DNA from: Dicyema japonicum
Lineage: Eukaryota; Animalia; Dicyemida
Reading direction: 5' to 3'
Assembly (NCBI GenBank): GCA_011109175.1
Contig: RDEW01000031.1
Location: 124,001 to 188,000 of the forward strand
DNA: 64,000 nucleotides
Of this stretch, positions 63,190 through 64,000 are shown piece by piece (position 1 is the first letter of the stretch; each line of letters starts with the position of its first letter). Made by a program: the position numbers and the translations under genes. The notes below the pieces were generated by a model. The model saw nothing but the letters and a program-made list of their open reading frames with translations. It had not been told where the DNA came from and made no database searches.

Positions 63190-63620
63190 ATGTTTACTAA
63201 CCATGATGTCTCGATCGAAGCCCACGCTGAAGGAAATTACGACATTCTTTAGTTTTTTGTTGTATGTTGGTCTCTTCAAGCAAGGAAGTGTCTATCAATC
63301 AACAAAAATCAAACATCGTATTGTTTAACATGATCCATGAACATTTTAGGACTAATGATAGATCTAATAGTGTGTCGACACTCCATAAAAGCTTCAGATT
63401 CGAAATCGTTAGTGACTAAACAATATTTTGCAATTTTTTGGTGAAAATTCCGAGATATCATTGATAAACAAGATTCTGTCAGCGACACTCTGTTCTTAAT
63501 AAAAATTGTTATTACAAACCTCAGCGGCACAATATAGTTTGGAGTCTTCATTATTTCGCTGGATGCCAACAAATACAACGAGATTTAAACCGCCCATCCA
63601 AGACAACCACAAGAAAATTT
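63190..63620 (+). mobile_element. Possible piggyBac-like transposase remnant
   Basis: Decayed EI..FL..L.YVGL and KP..H.I.W-like segments with many stops. Confidence 0.3.
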
Positions 63621-63714
63621 AAACTGATACCTCCTAATTGATTGTATAATAATTACAATAAATAAAATTTAAATTTAAAAAAATATTTAATTTAAATACT
63701 ACGGCAGATGCTTA

Positions 63715-64000
63715 TTTCTTTATTTAGAACCCCGGGATCACCGAGAAAGAAAGACAGAAAAAAGGTCAGACAGTTAGGTAATCCCAGTTCCAGCGATCAA
63801 ACGAGCCATTTAACGTCTGTGGTATCCCATTGTTCCCACTACCATGCAGAAGAGCCTTCTCTCATCTCTACAGAGGAATCCGATTGGGAGGGGAACTTCC
63901 TAACCAATCGACTTTCTTTTGCCTTGGCAAAAGACTGCTAAGCGGGTTTCCGTTTTCTTTACAGAACCGAAGCAATCCGGTTCCGCGACTACGGGTCGTA
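63715..64000 (-). mobile_element. Ingi-like LINE 3' fragment with tail (runs off the window)
   Basis: Near-identical to 2960-3240. Confidence 0.75.

Noticed and set aside
1-64000. CRISPR arrays, rRNA, prokaryotic operons, and the many short ORFs antisense to TEs
   Set aside because: No repeat-spacer array or rRNA motifs were found; the antisense ORFs are by-products of GC-richer TE sequence.

Overview
AT-rich genomic window from an animal with extremely short spliceosomal introns (22-27 nt where measured). Metazoan-type BRPF1, ECT2 and PLC-beta plus minute introns point to a dicyemid-like reduced parasite (inference). Host genes: an AGC-like (pseudo)kinase, an EF-hand light chain, Tim8, BRPF, PLC-beta, IMPase, RPL12, ECT2, several unidentified multi-exon genes, two tRNA-Ile genes and a compact U3 snoRNA. 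Much of the rest is mobile DNA: CRE, R4/Dong-like, RTE-X-like, BovB-like RTE and Ingi-like LINEs, two tRNA-derived SINE families, Ingi-derived non-autonomous elements and hAT/pogo/piggyBac remnants. Main highlights: (1) a covarying HDV-like nested pseudoknot at the 5' end of the Ingi-like family, upstream of a 2A-like StopGo motif, which also spread in short derivatives; (2) two independent TSD-bounded insertions (an RTE and a SINE) in which only the last ~50 nt are flipped to the opposite end; (3) SINE/LINE tail sharing visible within one nested insertion. Coordinates of degenerate elements and of multi-exon gene ends are approximate and were read by eye; no searches were run.
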